Shown one piece after another: positions 30,550 to 41,473 of a stretch of DNA of 64,000 bases. The position numbers were made by a program, and so were the translations under genes. The stretch's first letter is position 1, and each line of letters starts with the position of its first letter. This DNA is from Nitrospirota bacterium (lineage in GTDB: Bacteria; Nitrospirota; UBA9217), in the NCBI GenBank assembly GCA_963751455.1, contig CAVVUN010000009.1, positions 320,001 to 384,000 on the forward strand, in the 5' to 3' direction. The notes beneath the pieces were generated by a model. That model made no database searches. It saw only the letters and a program-made list of their open reading frames with translations, and was not told where the DNA came from.

Positions 30550-31509
30550 TCAAATCTGGTCGAACATTCCCAGTTTTCTGAATTTTTGATACCGGTTTTG
30601 AATAAGGTCGGCAGATGATACATTTTTTATCTCGCTTAAATTCCTGACTATCGCCTCTTTCAAAAGTTCTGCAGCTCTCCGCGGATCACGATGCGCTCCG
30701 CCAATAGGTTCTTCCACCATTTCGTCTATCACATTCATTTGAAAAAGGTCCTGGGCCGTTATTTTAAGAAGGTCCGCAGCCTCATTCGCTTTTGCGCCGT
30801 TGTTCCATAGAATAGCAGCGCAACCCTCCGGTGAAATAACCGAATAGGTTGCGTGTTCCAGCATGAGGACCTTGTCCGCGACGCCGAGCGCAAGCGCTCC
30901 ACCGCTTCCGCCTTCACCGATAACAACCGATACGATAGGTACCTTGAGCGTTGACATGACGTATAAGTTCCGCGCAATCGATTCCCCTTGGCCCCTTTCC
31001 TCGGCGCCGATGCCCGGATAAGCGCCCTGAGTATCAATAAACGTGACAATCGGTTTATTAAATTTCTCGGCAAATTGCATGATGCGGAGGGCTTTGCGAT
31101 AACCCTCAGGATTCGGCTGTCCGAAATTCCGGAACATCCGCTCCTTTAGGGTTCTTCCTTTTTGATGGCCGATGATGACCAACGGCATGCCGTCAAGCCG
31201 CGCCATTCCGCAAACAATAGCCGGGTCGTCAGCGTAACCACGGTCGCCGTGCATCTCGGTGAATTCGGTAAGCATCGCTTCTATATAGTCGAGGCTGTAA
31301 GGGCGGTTGGGATGGCGTGAAATCTGAACCTTCTGCCAGGGTGTAAGGCGGGAATATATCTCCGAACGCAGCTGGTCTGCTTTCTTGTGAAGCTTCAGTA
31401 TCTCTTCTTCCAAATCAAGGTTGCCGTTGGAAGTGAAGAGTGTAAGTTCTTCAATCTTTTTTTCAAGATCCGCGATGGGTTTTTCAAATTCGAGGTATTC
31501 GGGCGGCAA
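30550..31509 (-). CDS. accA: Acetyl-CoA carboxylase carboxyltransferase alpha subunit
   Basis: LEFEKPI, RHPNRP, GAYPGIGAEERGQ, GEGGSGGAL. Confidence 0.96.
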   Translation of the reverse strand: MPPEYLEFEKPIADLEKKIEELTLFTSNGNLDLEEEILKLHKKADQLRSEIYSRLTPWQKVQISRHPNRPYSLDYIEAMLTEFTEMHGDRGYADDPAIVCGMARLDGMPLVIIGHQKGRTLKERMFRNFGQPNPEGYRKALRIMQFAEKFNKPIVTFIDTQGAYPGIGAEERGQGESIARNLYVMSTLKVPIVSVVIGEGGSGGALALGVADKVLMLEHATYSVISPEGCAAILWNNGAKANEAADLLKITAQDLFQMNVIDEMVEEPIGGAHRDPRRAAELLKEAIVRNLSEIKNVSSADLIQNRYQKFRKLGMFDQI

Positions 31510-31802
31510 GAGTTACTCCTGGATATGGCTGTTTAGTTTAAAACTAAAGACTTACTTCGAAATAACATTTTAGAAAACTGGTATTTCTGAAGCGCCCATT
31601 ATCGGATATTGACTAAGTATTGTCAAGGATTTGTTGGGAAACCACCTGTTTCATGCTGGTGAAAATAGCTTTTTGCCCCACTGAGACAAGAAAATGGAGG
31701 GTTGAAGAACTCTTGTAGAAGAGGTCTGCATTGAGCCGGGACATCCAGTCGCTTCTATAGTTGTGAGTTGAGATTTATGGTACGGTTGAGCGGGATCCCA
31801 CG

Positions 31803-31885
31803 CGATTCTTCTTTCGGTCGTTCATCCCGAATGGTAAGTCGGAAAGTTGTCGGTTATGAATGAGATGGCGCCGCTGACCGGAATC
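31803..31885 (-). repeat. Diverged 83-bp duplication of the tRNA-Leu 3' end plus downstream flank (att-like)
   Basis: Aligns ungapped with 31989-32071, including TGGYGCCGCTGACCGGAATC. Confidence 0.8.
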
Positions 31886-32051
31886 TCACGCGCTTCGCTT
31901 CCACAGGGGGCCTGCCCCCTATGGCGTCACGTTCCGCGTGACTGTGACCCCGAAAGCATGGGGGAACCTTTCCCCCATACCCCTTTTTCGATTCTTCTTT
32001 CGGTCGTTTGTTCCGAGTGGTAAGTTAGATAGTTGTCGGTGATGATTTAGA

Positions 32052-32140
32052 TGGTGCCGCTGACCGGAATCGAACCGGTACGGGAGTTGCCCCCCGAGGG
32101 ATTTTAAGTCCCTTGCGTCTGCCAATTCCGCCACAGCGGC
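32052..32140 (-). tRNA. tRNA-Leu(TAA)
   Basis: GCCGCTG acceptor stem, GGCAGAC D-loop, anticodon loop CT-TAA-AA, long variable arm, GGTTCGATTCC, encoded CCA. Confidence 0.95.
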
Positions 32141-32215
32141 TTTTCTATTTACGGAGTAAATCCCCAGAAGAGCGCATCAAATATTATAGAAACAGGAAAT
32201 TTTGTCAAGAGAATA

Positions 32216-33241
32216 TTAAGACGGCCTTTTCTTCGTCACAGCTGCTATCGCGTTGTATACCATATCCACGGATAATCGCTCCATGCACTCGTGTATAATA
32301 GTGTTATTACACTTCCGTTTTCTGCAAGGGACGCACGAAACTCCTTCAGCGTGCAGCACTTTGTGCCCGGGCCCAACAGGACCCGTGCGGGCAGGGTCTG
32401 CTGCGCCGAAGAGGGCGACTACCCTGGTTCCTACTGCGGTCGCAACGTGCATCGGCCCTGTATCTCCGCTGACCAGGGCGTCACAACGTTCCAGCAAAGC
32501 GCCCAATTGCAGAAGATTCAGCTTGCCCGCCATCAAAACAGGTTTCGAAACGCTTTTTCTGATAATCTCTTCCGCAAGAGGTAAATCGTCGTTCCCGCCG
32601 ATGATGATAACGTCGGCAGACAGCTCTTGTGCCAGCATATCAACCAACGATGCGAACCGGCCGGCTCCCCAACGGTTGACCGAATGGCTGGCACCCGGAT
32701 TTACGATGACAAGGGGTCCGGACTTCTTCCGGACGGATGAAACAATGCGTGCAGCCCTTTCTTTGTCCGCTGCGCCCGTCATGAGCTCGAGGTCAAGATT
32801 CGCTGTGTAAACCCCAAGAGAGGCCACTGTTTCAAGGTAATTGGCTACGGCATGAATAGTCCTGTTCCTGGCCTTGTGATAGACGAGAACACGGCAGGGG
32901 AACGCTGCTGCTGACAAAAACCATGTTTTGAGATTGCTGCGCTGAAAATTAATGACAAGATCATACTTGTTTTTCCGCAACGCGCGCCAAAGCTTGATAA
33001 AGTCGGTGACTCTTCCGTGCTTTCCTTGTTTGTCATATACGATAGTTTCTCGAACGTAAGGATTATGCTTGAAAAGCAAGGCAGTCGTATCTGAACCAAC
33101 CAGGAGGGAAATATTTACACCGGGATGCTTTATTTTGATCGCTCGAACTACAGGGGTAAGCTGTAGAGTATCGCCGATCGCACCCGGTTTGATAATAAGG
33201 ATATTATTAATCTTGGCTGACTGTTCCATCCAATTAGGCAA
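32216..33241 (-). CDS. Glycosyltransferase family 9 (LPS heptosyltransferase)
   Basis: AIGD, NPGAS, GDTGPMHVA, LFG..P motifs. Confidence 0.9.
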   Translation of the reverse strand: MPNWMEQSAKINNILIIKPGAIGDTLQLTPVVRAIKIKHPGVNISLLVGSDTTALLFKHNPYVRETIVYDKQGKHGRVTDFIKLWRALRKNKYDLVINFQRSNLKTWFLSAAAFPCRVLVYHKARNRTIHAVANYLETVASLGVYTANLDLELMTGAADKERAARIVSSVRKKSGPLVIVNPGASHSVNRWGAGRFASLVDMLAQELSADVIIIGGNDDLPLAEEIIRKSVSKPVLMAGKLNLLQLGALLERCDALVSGDTGPMHVATAVGTRVVALFGAADPARTGPVGPGHKVLHAEGVSCVPCRKRKCNNTIIHECMERLSVDMVYNAIAAVTKKRPS

Positions 33242-33446
33242 ATCTCAGGCAGTCATAATAATCCATATAAACCTCCCTGGCAAGATCTAAAAAGAGCGCA
33301 GCCATCCCTGAAAAAGCCTATCTTTTAAAAATTGTCTTTACAAATTGACTGCGTTTGCATATTATATAACGTTATTATTGATTAATATTCAACATGTTGT
33401 TCTCGTTTTTCTATAGTTTTCTACAAGCCGGAGAATCATTCTGTTC

Positions 33447-34232
33447 ATGCGTCGCATAATATCGCCTCTTATAATCTGCCTGTTTTTATTCAGTGCAGAC
33501 GCGATATCCGCCGAAACCGGCAAGAGATTGATTTATCCTTCAGTACCGTTTATAACCGGGGAAAAACTTACCTATTCAATAAGCTGGTCTAGCATTCTGG
33601 ATGCAGGCACATCGGTGATGGAAGTAAAAGAAGTCACCGGGCCCGACGGGAAAAAAGCATACAATTTTATTTCCATTGCAAGATCGACGGGTATGATGGA
33701 CAGATTTTACAAGGTTTACGACAGGGTGGAAAGCCTTATTGATGCGGAAAAATTTTCAAGCTTAGCGTTCTATCTCGATCAAACCCATGGGAAAAGAAAG
33801 AAAAAGCGGGAAATGCTGTTCGATCACGTGCACAATACGGTACTTGTGATCACTGACGGTAAAGAGGCATCGTATACGGTTCCGTCTGTTGTTCAGGATT
33901 CGCTTTCATCGCTCTATTATGTCAGGACCCGGCAGGATTTCACGGTAGGGAAACCAATCATTGTAGACGTCCATGAGGATGGAAAGACCTGGGCCGTTGA
34001 AGTCCATACACTGGGAAGGGAAAAAATTAAAACTGCCCTGGGCGAATTCGACACCATCAAGATTAAAACCTATCCCAAATACGAAGGTGTGTTCCGGCAC
34101 ACGGGCGAGATTTATATCTGGTTGACAGACGATGCCAGAAAAGTGCCGGTTCTAATGAAAAGTGAGATCAGCATAGGCACCATTGACGCCAGGCTGGTCG
34201 AGTTCCGGAATGGAGACATGAAAAATTGGTAG
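33447..34232 (+). CDS. DUF3108 family exported protein
   Basis: Signal peptide, GEKLTY, QDSLS..YYVR, IWLTDDARKVPV. Confidence 0.75.
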   Translation: MRRIISPLIICLFLFSADAISAETGKRLIYPSVPFITGEKLTYSISWSSILDAGTSVMEVKEVTGPDGKKAYNFISIARSTGMMDRFYKVYDRVESLIDAEKFSSLAFYLDQTHGKRKKKREMLFDHVHNTVLVITDGKEASYTVPSVVQDSLSSLYYVRTRQDFTVGKPIIVDVHEDGKTWAVEVHTLGREKIKTALGEFDTIKIKTYPKYEGVFRHTGEIYIWLTDDARKVPVLMKSEISIGTIDARLVEFRNGDMKNW

Positions 34233-35221
34233 CCAGGACCGAATTAAGGCGTCTCATTCAATATATCGAACGATTTCGCCGTACGAGAACATTGGTCGTC
34301 GGCGACGTGATGCTCGATCATTATGTTTGGGGCAATGTATCCCGCATTTCTCCGGAAGCCCCTGTGCCCGTTGTGACGGTTACAAAGGAAAGCGTGCTCC
34401 TGGGAGCGGCAACCAATGTCGTAAACAATATCCACGCTCTGGGCGGGCAAGTGAGCGTCTGCGGCGTGATCGGTTCCGATGATGCAGGAAGACAACTCGT
34501 GGGATTGCTGAAACAGCGGGGAATCAGGGCCGACGGCCTCTTCGTGGAAGATTCCAGACCGACAACTATCAAAACCCGCGTGGTAGCCCACAATCAGCAG
34601 GTTGTACGATTCGACCGCGAGACGAAAAACGGGATCGAACCCGAAACGCACCGAAAAGTATTTGAATTGGTCAAACAGGAGATCCACAAGGGCCTGGATG
34701 CCGTTGTACTTTCCGATTATTGTAAAGGCGTGATCACCAAAGAACTGGTACGCGATATTGTCAGAATCGCCCGGAAAAACAAGGTAATCGTCTCAGTTGA
34801 CCCCAAGATTAACCATTTTGGAATTTACAGCGGGGTCACCGTGCTTACCCCGAATACCAAGGAGGCTTCGATCGGCGCCAGGATGGACATCGATGATGAT
34901 AAGAGTCTCTGTAAGGCCGGGGTTCTGCTGCTGAAGCGGCTCAAATGCGACGGAGTGCTGATCACCCGCGGCGAGCATGGGATGAGCCTGTTTGAGCGAA
35001 ACGGTAAGGTAACGCATATCCCCACAATGGCCCAGGAAGTTTTCGATGTGACCGGTGCAGGAGATACGGTTATCAGCGCTTTTACGCTCGCAATGGCGGC
35101 AGGTGCGTCCATGAAAGACGCTGCAAAGATCTCAAATTTTGCCGCCGGGATCGTCGTCGGCGTCGTCGGAACGGCAACGATAACATCGGAAGAATTGAAG
35201 CGGAAAATTGAGGCGAAGTAA
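34226..35221 (+). CDS. rfaE1: D-glycero-beta-D-manno-heptose-7-phosphate kinase
   Basis: GDVMLDHY..RISPEAPVPV, LSDY.KG, DVTGAGDTV. Confidence 0.92.
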   Translation: MVARTELRRLIQYIERFRRTRTLVVGDVMLDHYVWGNVSRISPEAPVPVVTVTKESVLLGAATNVVNNIHALGGQVSVCGVIGSDDAGRQLVGLLKQRGIRADGLFVEDSRPTTIKTRVVAHNQQVVRFDRETKNGIEPETHRKVFELVKQEIHKGLDAVVLSDYCKGVITKELVRDIVRIARKNKVIVSVDPKINHFGIYSGVTVLTPNTKEASIGARMDIDDDKSLCKAGVLLLKRLKCDGVLITRGEHGMSLFERNGKVTHIPTMAQEVFDVTGAGDTVISAFTLAMAAGASMKDAAKISNFAAGIVVGVVGTATITSEELKRKIEAK

Positions 35222-35237
35222 GAAGTAAAAAGTAACC

Positions 35238-35337
35238 GGTTTGTCTGGTTTATCTGGTTTGTCTGGTTCAACTAAGCAAACCAAACAAACCAAAGAAACT
35301 AAAAACACCAAAGAAACTAAAGAAACGAAATAAACTA
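35238..35337. repeat. Family A 9-mer inverted repeat tract (rfaE1-rmlA junction)
   Basis: About 4 GGTTTRTCT units then about 7 AAACYAAAN units. Confidence 0.9.
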
Positions 35338-35355
35338 TTTTGACGAGGGTTCACC

Positions 35356-36249
35356 ATGAAAGGTATCATATTGGCAGGAGGCAGCGGTACACGGCTTTAT
35401 CCCATTACCCGGGGGGTATGCAAACAGCTGCTGCCCGTCTACGATAAGCCGATGATTTATTATCCGCTTTCCGTGCTTATGCTGTCCGGTATACGGGATG
35501 TTTTGATTATTTCAACTCCTGTTGATTTGCCTCGCTTTCAGGACATCTTCGGCAATGGAGAGGATTTGGGGCTCCGTTTTTCCTACAAGGAACAGCCGAA
35601 GCCGAACGGGCTTGCAGAAGCGTTCATTATCGGTGAGAACTTCGTCGGCCGGGACCCGGTTTGTCTTGTGCTGGGTGACAATATCTTTTTCGGTCACGGT
35701 CTTACCGGTATGCTCAAAAAGGCCGTAAAAGACGTGGAGAGCTCAGGTGGAGCAAGAGTATTCGGATATTATGTGAAGGACCCGGAGCGATACGGGATTG
35801 TGGAGTTTGATCCGAACGGGAATGTGCTTTCCATTGAGGAAAAACCAAATCAGCCGAGATCGCGATACGCTGTCACAGGCCTGTACTACTACGACAATCA
35901 GGTCGTGGACATAGCAAAGAACATAAAGCCGTCGCACCGTGGTGAATTGGAAATAACCGATGTGAATAATGTTTATCTCGCGCAGAAAAAGATTACGGTC
36001 GAACTGATGGGCCGCGGCTATGCATGGCTCGATACGGGGACCCATGAGAGCCTCCTCGATGCGGGCGAATTCATCGCTACGATAGAACGGCGCCAGGGCC
36101 TCAAGATGGCCTGTATTGAGGAAATCGCCTTTAAGCTGGGATATATCGACAGGGCGAAACTGCTCAAAGCCGCAGATTATCATAAAAAGAATTCCTACGG
36201 AGATTATCTCAAAATGATTGCCGAACATGAGGTGCCGCATGCCCTTTGA
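35356..36249 (+). CDS. rmlA: Glucose-1-phosphate thymidylyltransferase
   Basis: [39 protein letters not shown]. Confidence 0.96.
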   Translation: MKGIILAGGSGTRLYPITRGVCKQLLPVYDKPMIYYPLSVLMLSGIRDVLIISTPVDLPRFQDIFGNGEDLGLRFSYKEQPKPNGLAEAFIIGENFVGRDPVCLVLGDNIFFGHGLTGMLKKAVKDVESSGGARVFGYYVKDPERYGIVEFDPNGNVLSIEEKPNQPRSRYAVTGLYYYDNQVVDIAKNIKPSHRGELEITDVNNVYLAQKKITVELMGRGYAWLDTGTHESLLDAGEFIATIERRQGLKMACIEEIAFKLGYIDRAKLLKAADYHKKNSYGDYLKMIAEHEVPHAL

Positions 36250-36799
36250 ATTCACGGCTCTCAAGATCCCCGGGCTCGTGCTGGTAACACCCCGGGTCTT
36301 TGACGACGGCAGGGGGTTTTTTCTTGAATTCTACAAATATTCCGATTTCAGCAAAGCGGGGATAGGGGATCACCTTGTCCAGGACAACTATTCAAAATCT
36401 GTGAAGGGCGTTCTGAGGGGGCTGCACTATCAGAAAAATCCGAAGGCCCAGGGAAAACTGGTTTCGTGTATAAAAGGCAGGATTTACGATGTCGCCGTGG
36501 ACATTCGTAAAGGTTCCCCGCGATATGGCGCATGGCTGGGTGTCGAGCTTTCAGATAAAAATAAGCAAATGCTTTACGTGCCGTCCGGTTTTGCGCATGG
36601 CTTCCAGGTGCTCACCGATTCAGCTGAGATCATCTATAAGTGCACAGCCGAATATTCTCCGGCCGACGACCGCGGCATCATCTGGAATGATCCCGAGCTC
36701 AACATTGCCTGGCCGTTGAAAAATCCGTTATTATCAGCCAAGGATACAGCGCATCCTTTATTGAGAGCTGCCGATAATAACTTCTTATGGAGTGAATAA
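36239..36799 (+). CDS. rmlC: dTDP-4-dehydrorhamnose 3,5-epimerase
   Basis: [31 protein letters not shown]. Confidence 0.95.
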   Translation: MPFEFTALKIPGLVLVTPRVFDDGRGFFLEFYKYSDFSKAGIGDHLVQDNYSKSVKGVLRGLHYQKNPKAQGKLVSCIKGRIYDVAVDIRKGSPRYGAWLGVELSDKNKQMLYVPSGFAHGFQVLTDSAEIIYKCTAEYSPADDRGIIWNDPELNIAWPLKNPLLSAKDTAHPLLRAADNNFLWSE

Positions 36800-36808
36800 A
36801 GCCTGATT

Positions 36809-36880
36809 CGTTTGTTTGGTTTGTTTAGTTTGTTTGGTTAACCAGATAAACTAAATGAACCAGATAAACCAGACAAACTG
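36809..36880. repeat. Family A 9-mer inverted repeat tract (rmlC-rmlD junction)
   Basis: RGTTTGTTT x3-4 then AACCAGAYA x4-5. Confidence 0.9.
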
Positions 36881-36886
36881 AGACCT

Positions 36887-37732
36887 ATGAAATACCTTAT
36901 TACCGGCAGAAACGGCCAACTTGCCCGCGCATTCATCAAAAAATTCGAAGAACAGTCCATTGATTACAGCGCGCCCGACGAGTCGCAGCTCGACATAACC
37001 GATTTTGACGCCGTTTCCCAGGCTGTTTCGGGATTGAAGCCGGACGTGATCATCAACTGCGCGGCATATAATCTGGTGGACAGGGCGGAACTCGAACGGG
37101 AAAAGGCATTTGCGGTCAATGCCTCCGGGCCGGCGAATTTAGCCCGCGCGGCTGCGGATCGAGGAGCACTGCTGGTTCATTTCGGATCAGATTACGTATT
37201 CGACGGAATCAAGGAAAAAGGCCTTTACACTGAAGAAGACGCGGTCAATCCGCTCAATGAGTACGGAAAAAGCAAGCTTTCCGGTGAAAACTTTGTGTCT
37301 GAATCAGGCGCCCGCCATCTTGTACTGAGGCTTAGCTGGGTATTCGGCGACGGCAATCAGAATTTTATCCACAAGTTAATCGAATGGACGCGGAATAATG
37401 AATATCTCAAGATTGCTTGCGACGAATTTTCAGTTCCTACATACACAAATACAGTGGTCGATATGACCTTGAGAGCAATCAAGAATGATACGCGGGGACA
37501 TTACCATCTGACGAACAGCGGTTTTTGTTCTCGGTATGAATGGGCGAGACACATCGTTCAGGACCTCAAATTGAACAAATTCATACGCCCGGTCTCTATG
37601 GATATATTCAATCTGCCTGCAAAACGGCCAAAATTTTCAGCAATGAGCAACGCCGCCCTCTCCAGAGAACTGAACATCTCGATTCCATCCTGGGAAGAGG
37701 CGGTAAGCACGTTTTTACGGGAAAGGGCTTAG
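36887..37732 (+). CDS. rmlD: dTDP-4-dehydrorhamnose reductase
   Basis: TGRNGQL, NCAAY, SDYVFDG, YGKSK, AKRP. Confidence 0.93.
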   Translation: MKYLITGRNGQLARAFIKKFEEQSIDYSAPDESQLDITDFDAVSQAVSGLKPDVIINCAAYNLVDRAELEREKAFAVNASGPANLARAAADRGALLVHFGSDYVFDGIKEKGLYTEEDAVNPLNEYGKSKLSGENFVSESGARHLVLRLSWVFGDGNQNFIHKLIEWTRNNEYLKIACDEFSVPTYTNTVVDMTLRAIKNDTRGHYHLTNSGFCSRYEWARHIVQDLKLNKFIRPVSMDIFNLPAKRPKFSAMSNAALSRELNISIPSWEEAVSTFLRERA

Positions 37733-37734
37733 GT

Positions 37735-38877
37735 ATGCACATAAACCAGACGGATAATTCCGGCAGACCGGCGGTGTCGGCCAATATCCTGGTGACAGGC
37801 GGGGCGGGTTTTATCGGCTCTAATTTCATCAGGCACATTATCACGAAACAGGATTTTTGCGGCATTGTCGTCAATCTCGATAAGCTTACGTACGCCGGCA
37901 ACATGATGAATCTTGCCGACATAGAAAACAAATTCGGCGGCAAAAATTATTTTTTTGAACTCGGCGACATCTGCGATTTTGACAAGGTAAGAGCGGTGTT
38001 CGATAAATATCACATCAACATCGTCGTGCATTTTGCCGCTGAAAGCCATGTCGACCGTTCAATCTTCGGACCAAAGGAATTTGTAGAGACAAACGTCAAA
38101 GGCACTTTCTGCATGCTTGAGACTGCGCGGCAAACATGGAGCAACCGCAAGGATGTACGGTTTCACCACATCAGCACCGATGAAGTGTATGGTTCCCTGG
38201 GAAAAACAGGGTTCTTCCTGGAAACAACACCTTACGACCCGCGGAGCCCTTATTCAGCTTCCAAAGCCGCTTCAGACCACCTCGTAAACGCATACTTTCA
38301 TACCTACGGACTGCCGATCACGATTTCCAATTGTTCAAACAACTACGGTCCCTATCACTTTCCGGAGAAGTTGATCCCGCTCACGATCCTGAACGCTGTT
38401 GAGGGGAAACAACTGCCTATATACGGAGACGGCAAAAATGTCCGCGACTGGCTCTATGTCGAGGACCATTGCGAAGCTATCTGGACGATACTTTCCAGAG
38501 GAAAACCGGGCGAAACGTACAACATCGGCGGCGAATGCGAGAAGCGCAATATCGATGTGGTGAACGAGATATGCGCCGTCCTTGAGAAAGTATATCCCGC
38601 GAGCGAAAATCCCGCAATCCGCAATCCGCAATCCGCAATCCGCAATTACACGGATCTGATCACGTTTGTTTCGGATCGACCGGGTCATGACCGTCGTTAC
38701 GCCATTAACTGCGACAAGATCAAGAATGCTCTGGGGTGGAAACAAAATCACGACTTTGAAAAGGGTCTGAAAAATACCGTTGACTGGTTTCTCAAAAACA
38801 CGGACTGGGTAAATAACGTCAGAAGCGGCGAATATAAGAAGTGGCTGGAAAAAAACTATTCAGGCAGGACATCATGA
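37735..38877 (+). CDS. rmlB: dTDP-glucose 4,6-dehydratase
   Basis: [46 protein letters not shown]; ATG start chosen. Confidence 0.95.
   Translation: MHINQTDNSGRPAVSANILVTGGAGFIGSNFIRHIITKQDFCGIVVNLDKLTYAGNMMNLADIENKFGGKNYFFELGDICDFDKVRAVFDKYHINIVVHFAAESHVDRSIFGPKEFVETNVKGTFCMLETARQTWSNRKDVRFHHISTDEVYGSLGKTGFFLETTPYDPRSPYSASKAASDHLVNAYFHTYGLPITISNCSNNYGPYHFPEKLIPLTILNAVEGKQLPIYGDGKNVRDWLYVEDHCEAIWTILSRGKPGETYNIGGECEKRNIDVVNEICAVLEKVYPASENPAIRNPQSAIRNYTDLITFVSDRPGHDRRYAINCDKIKNALGWKQNHDFEKGLKNTVDWFLKNTDWVNNVRSGEYKKWLEKNYSGRTS
38611..38646 (+). repeat. Heptamer tandem repeat (AATCCGC)x4 inside rmlB
   Basis: Four perfect copies at 38616-38643 with degenerate flanks; encodes [11 protein letters not shown]. 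Confidence 0.9.
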
Positions 38878-38890
38878 GAGCAGGAGAGAT

Positions 38891-40222
38891 ATGAAGATTT
38901 CAGTAATAGGCACGGGCTATGTAGGCCTCGTAACAGGCACATGCCTTGCCGAAAGCGGCAATGACGTAATCTGCATGGACATCGATATAAAAAAGATCGA
39001 GCTGCTGAATAAAGGCGTCGTGCCGATCTATGAACCCGGGCTTGAAGAGCTCATAAAGCGAAACGTCAGTCATGGACGGCTCAGTTTCACGTCGGATATG
39101 GCGTCTTCCGTAAAAAATGCCGATATTATTTTTATTGCAGTAGGGACCCCACCCGGTCAGGACGGTTCCTGTGATCTGAAATACGTCATCGACGCTGCCC
39201 GGCAGGTAGGTACTCACATGAACGGGTATAAGGTCGTTATCAACAAGAGTACGGTACCCGTCGGAACCGGCGACAGGGTACGGGCCGCCCTCTCGTCCAA
39301 AACGAAACATAAATTCGACGTGGTTTCGAATCCCGAGTTCCTCAAGGAAGGGGCCGCGATCGACGACTTCATGAAGCCGGACCGTGTCGTGATCGGTGCT
39401 GATTCCGCGAGAGCTATTGCAGCTATGGAAGAGCTTTACGGCCCCTTTGTCCGGAAGGGGGACCGCATTCTGATTATGGATATCAAAAGCGCGGAAATGA
39501 CAAAATACGCGTCAAATGCCATGCTGGCAACCAAGATATCCTTCATAAACGAGATGGCGGTCATCTGCTCGAGCATGGGAGCGGACATCGACAGCGTCCG
39601 AAAAGGTATGGGCTATGACAGGCGGATCGGGTTCGAGTTCCTGTTCCCGGGTGTTGGCTACGGCGGGTCCTGTTTCCCGAAAGACGTGAAGGCCCTGGTC
39701 CGGACTGCGAAAGAATATGGTGTTGAGGCCAAGGTGCTTAAAGCCGTCGAGGCCGTGAACGACCGCCAGAAAAACGTTCTGTCCGACATGGTGCTCAAGC
39801 ACTTTGCCCCTCGCATTGCAAAGGGAAGAAAGGCGAGTAAACCGCTTGCCGGAATGACTATCGCGGTCTGGGGCCTCTCCTTCAAGCCGCGCACGGATGA
39901 CATGCGGGAGGCGCCGTCAGTCGTGATCATCAATAATCTCCTTCGGGCAGGCGCCAAGGTCAAGGCGCATGACCCGGTCGCCGAACCCGAAGCGCGGAAG
40001 ATATTCAAGAACAGAATAACCATCATGGACGACAGCTATGATGCTCTTCGCAAGGCAGACGCATTGGCTGTAGTGACCGAGTGGAATGAGTTCCGCACGC
40101 CCGATTTTAAGAAAATCAAACAACTGATGAATAAACCCGTGATCTTTGACGGAAGAAATATTTTTAACCAGGAAGAGCTGCTCAAGATGGGATTTACATA
40201 TTACGGGATAGGGAGAAGGTAA
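38891..40222 (+). CDS. ugd: UDP-glucose 6-dehydrogenase
   Basis: GTGYVG, KSTVPVG, NPEFLKEG, GYGGSCFPKD, FKPRTDDMRE. Confidence 0.94.
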   Translation: MKISVIGTGYVGLVTGTCLAESGNDVICMDIDIKKIELLNKGVVPIYEPGLEELIKRNVSHGRLSFTSDMASSVKNADIIFIAVGTPPGQDGSCDLKYVIDAARQVGTHMNGYKVVINKSTVPVGTGDRVRAALSSKTKHKFDVVSNPEFLKEGAAIDDFMKPDRVVIGADSARAIAAMEELYGPFVRKGDRILIMDIKSAEMTKYASNAMLATKISFINEMAVICSSMGADIDSVRKGMGYDRRIGFEFLFPGVGYGGSCFPKDVKALVRTAKEYGVEAKVLKAVEAVNDRQKNVLSDMVLKHFAPRIAKGRKASKPLAGMTIAVWGLSFKPRTDDMREAPSVVIINNLLRAGAKVKAHDPVAEPEARKIFKNRITIMDDSYDALRKADALAVVTEWNEFRTPDFKKIKQLMNKPVIFDGRNIFNQEELLKMGFTYYGIGRR

Positions 40223-40224
40223 GC

Positions 40225-40400
40225 AGTTTATCAGTATGTCTGGTTTGTTTGATTAATTTGGTTTGTCTGGTTTGTCTAGTTTGTTTGGTTTGCCTGGCTC
40301 ATTTGATTCAAAACAAACTAAACAAACCAAAGAAACTAAAGAAACTTTAATCAACAAAACAACCCAAATAAACTAAAGAAACCAAATCAACTAAATCAAC
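40225..40400. repeat. Family A 9-mer inverted repeat tract (ugd-uxs junction), longest two-armed copy
   Basis: About 9 GGTTTGTYT units then about 9 AAACYAAAN units. Confidence 0.9.
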
Positions 40401-40415
40401 TTTTTGGAGTAATTC

Positions 40416-41345
40416 ATGCGGATTCTGGTCACCGGCGGAGCCGGTTTTCTCGGTTCACACTTATGCGAACGATTGTTGGACGCAGGACACGAAGTCCTCT
40501 GTATGGACAATTTTTACACGGGCAGGAAGAAGAACGTTGCGGGAATGTTGAACAATCCGGTTTTCGAACTGGTGCGGCACGATATCGTTCTCCCTGTTCT
40601 TCTCGAAGTGGACAAAATTTACCATCTGGCATGCCCGGCTTCGCCGATTCATTACCAGTACAATCCGGTAAAGACTATCAAGACAAACATTCTGGGTACG
40701 CTCAATATGCTCGGCAACGCAAAACGAGTAAAGGCTCGCATGCTCCTCGCTTCGACTTCGGAGGTGTACGGGGACCCATCCGTTCATCCCCAGAAGGAAA
40801 ATTACTGGGGCAACGTCAATCCGATCGGCATCCGAAGCTGCTATGACGAGGGGAAACGGGTGGCCGAGACCCTGATGATGGACTATCATCGTCAAAACGG
40901 AGTGGACGTCAAGATCGTCCGGATTTTTAACACGTACGGGCCCCGCATGCTGCAGAATGACGGCCGCGTAGTGAGCAACTTCATTGTCCAGGCGCTCAAA
41001 GGCAATGATATTACGGTATATGGTGATGGTTCCCAGACCCGATCCTTCTGCTATGTGGATGATCTGGTCGACGGAATGGTGCGTATGATGGATTGCGAAA
41101 ATTTCATCGGCCCGGTAAATCTCGGGAACCCTGAGGAATATACGATACTCGATTTCGCAAAAAAAATCATAGCAATGACCGGTTCAGGATCCAAAATCGT
41201 GCACAAGCCGCTTCCCTCTGACGATCCGACCCAGCGCCAGCCCGATATCTCCCTGGCCGGATCAAAGTTGAACTGGAAGCCGAAGGTGAGCGTGGATGAC
41301 GGCTTGAAGAGGACGATTGAATATTTCAGGAAAGAACTGTCATGA
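40416..41345 (+). CDS. UDP-glucuronic acid decarboxylase (UDP-xylose synthase)
   Basis: [41 protein letters not shown]. Confidence 0.92.
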   Translation: MRILVTGGAGFLGSHLCERLLDAGHEVLCMDNFYTGRKKNVAGMLNNPVFELVRHDIVLPVLLEVDKIYHLACPASPIHYQYNPVKTIKTNILGTLNMLGNAKRVKARMLLASTSEVYGDPSVHPQKENYWGNVNPIGIRSCYDEGKRVAETLMMDYHRQNGVDVKIVRIFNTYGPRMLQNDGRVVSNFIVQALKGNDITVYGDGSQTRSFCYVDDLVDGMVRMMDCENFIGPVNLGNPEEYTILDFAKKIIAMTGSGSKIVHKPLPSDDPTQRQPDISLAGSKLNWKPKVSVDDGLKRTIEYFRKELS

Positions 41346-41463
41346 TCGTCCATCGGCTACGGCAACGAGGCCCGTATCGTTAAGCGTTAAGCGGATACGG
41401 ACTGCCCAACACGAACGCCGTAACCCAACCACGAAACGGGCATCGTAACCGTGACCTTTTAAC
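41345..41463. repeat. Family B hairpin element, solo copy (uxs-kdsB junction)
   Basis: GGCTACGGCAACGAGGCCCGTATCGT ... ACGAAACGGGCATCGTAACCGTGACC imperfect inverted arms; homologous to the 51213 array unit. Confidence 0.85.
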
Positions 41464-41473
41464 TACTATTCAA

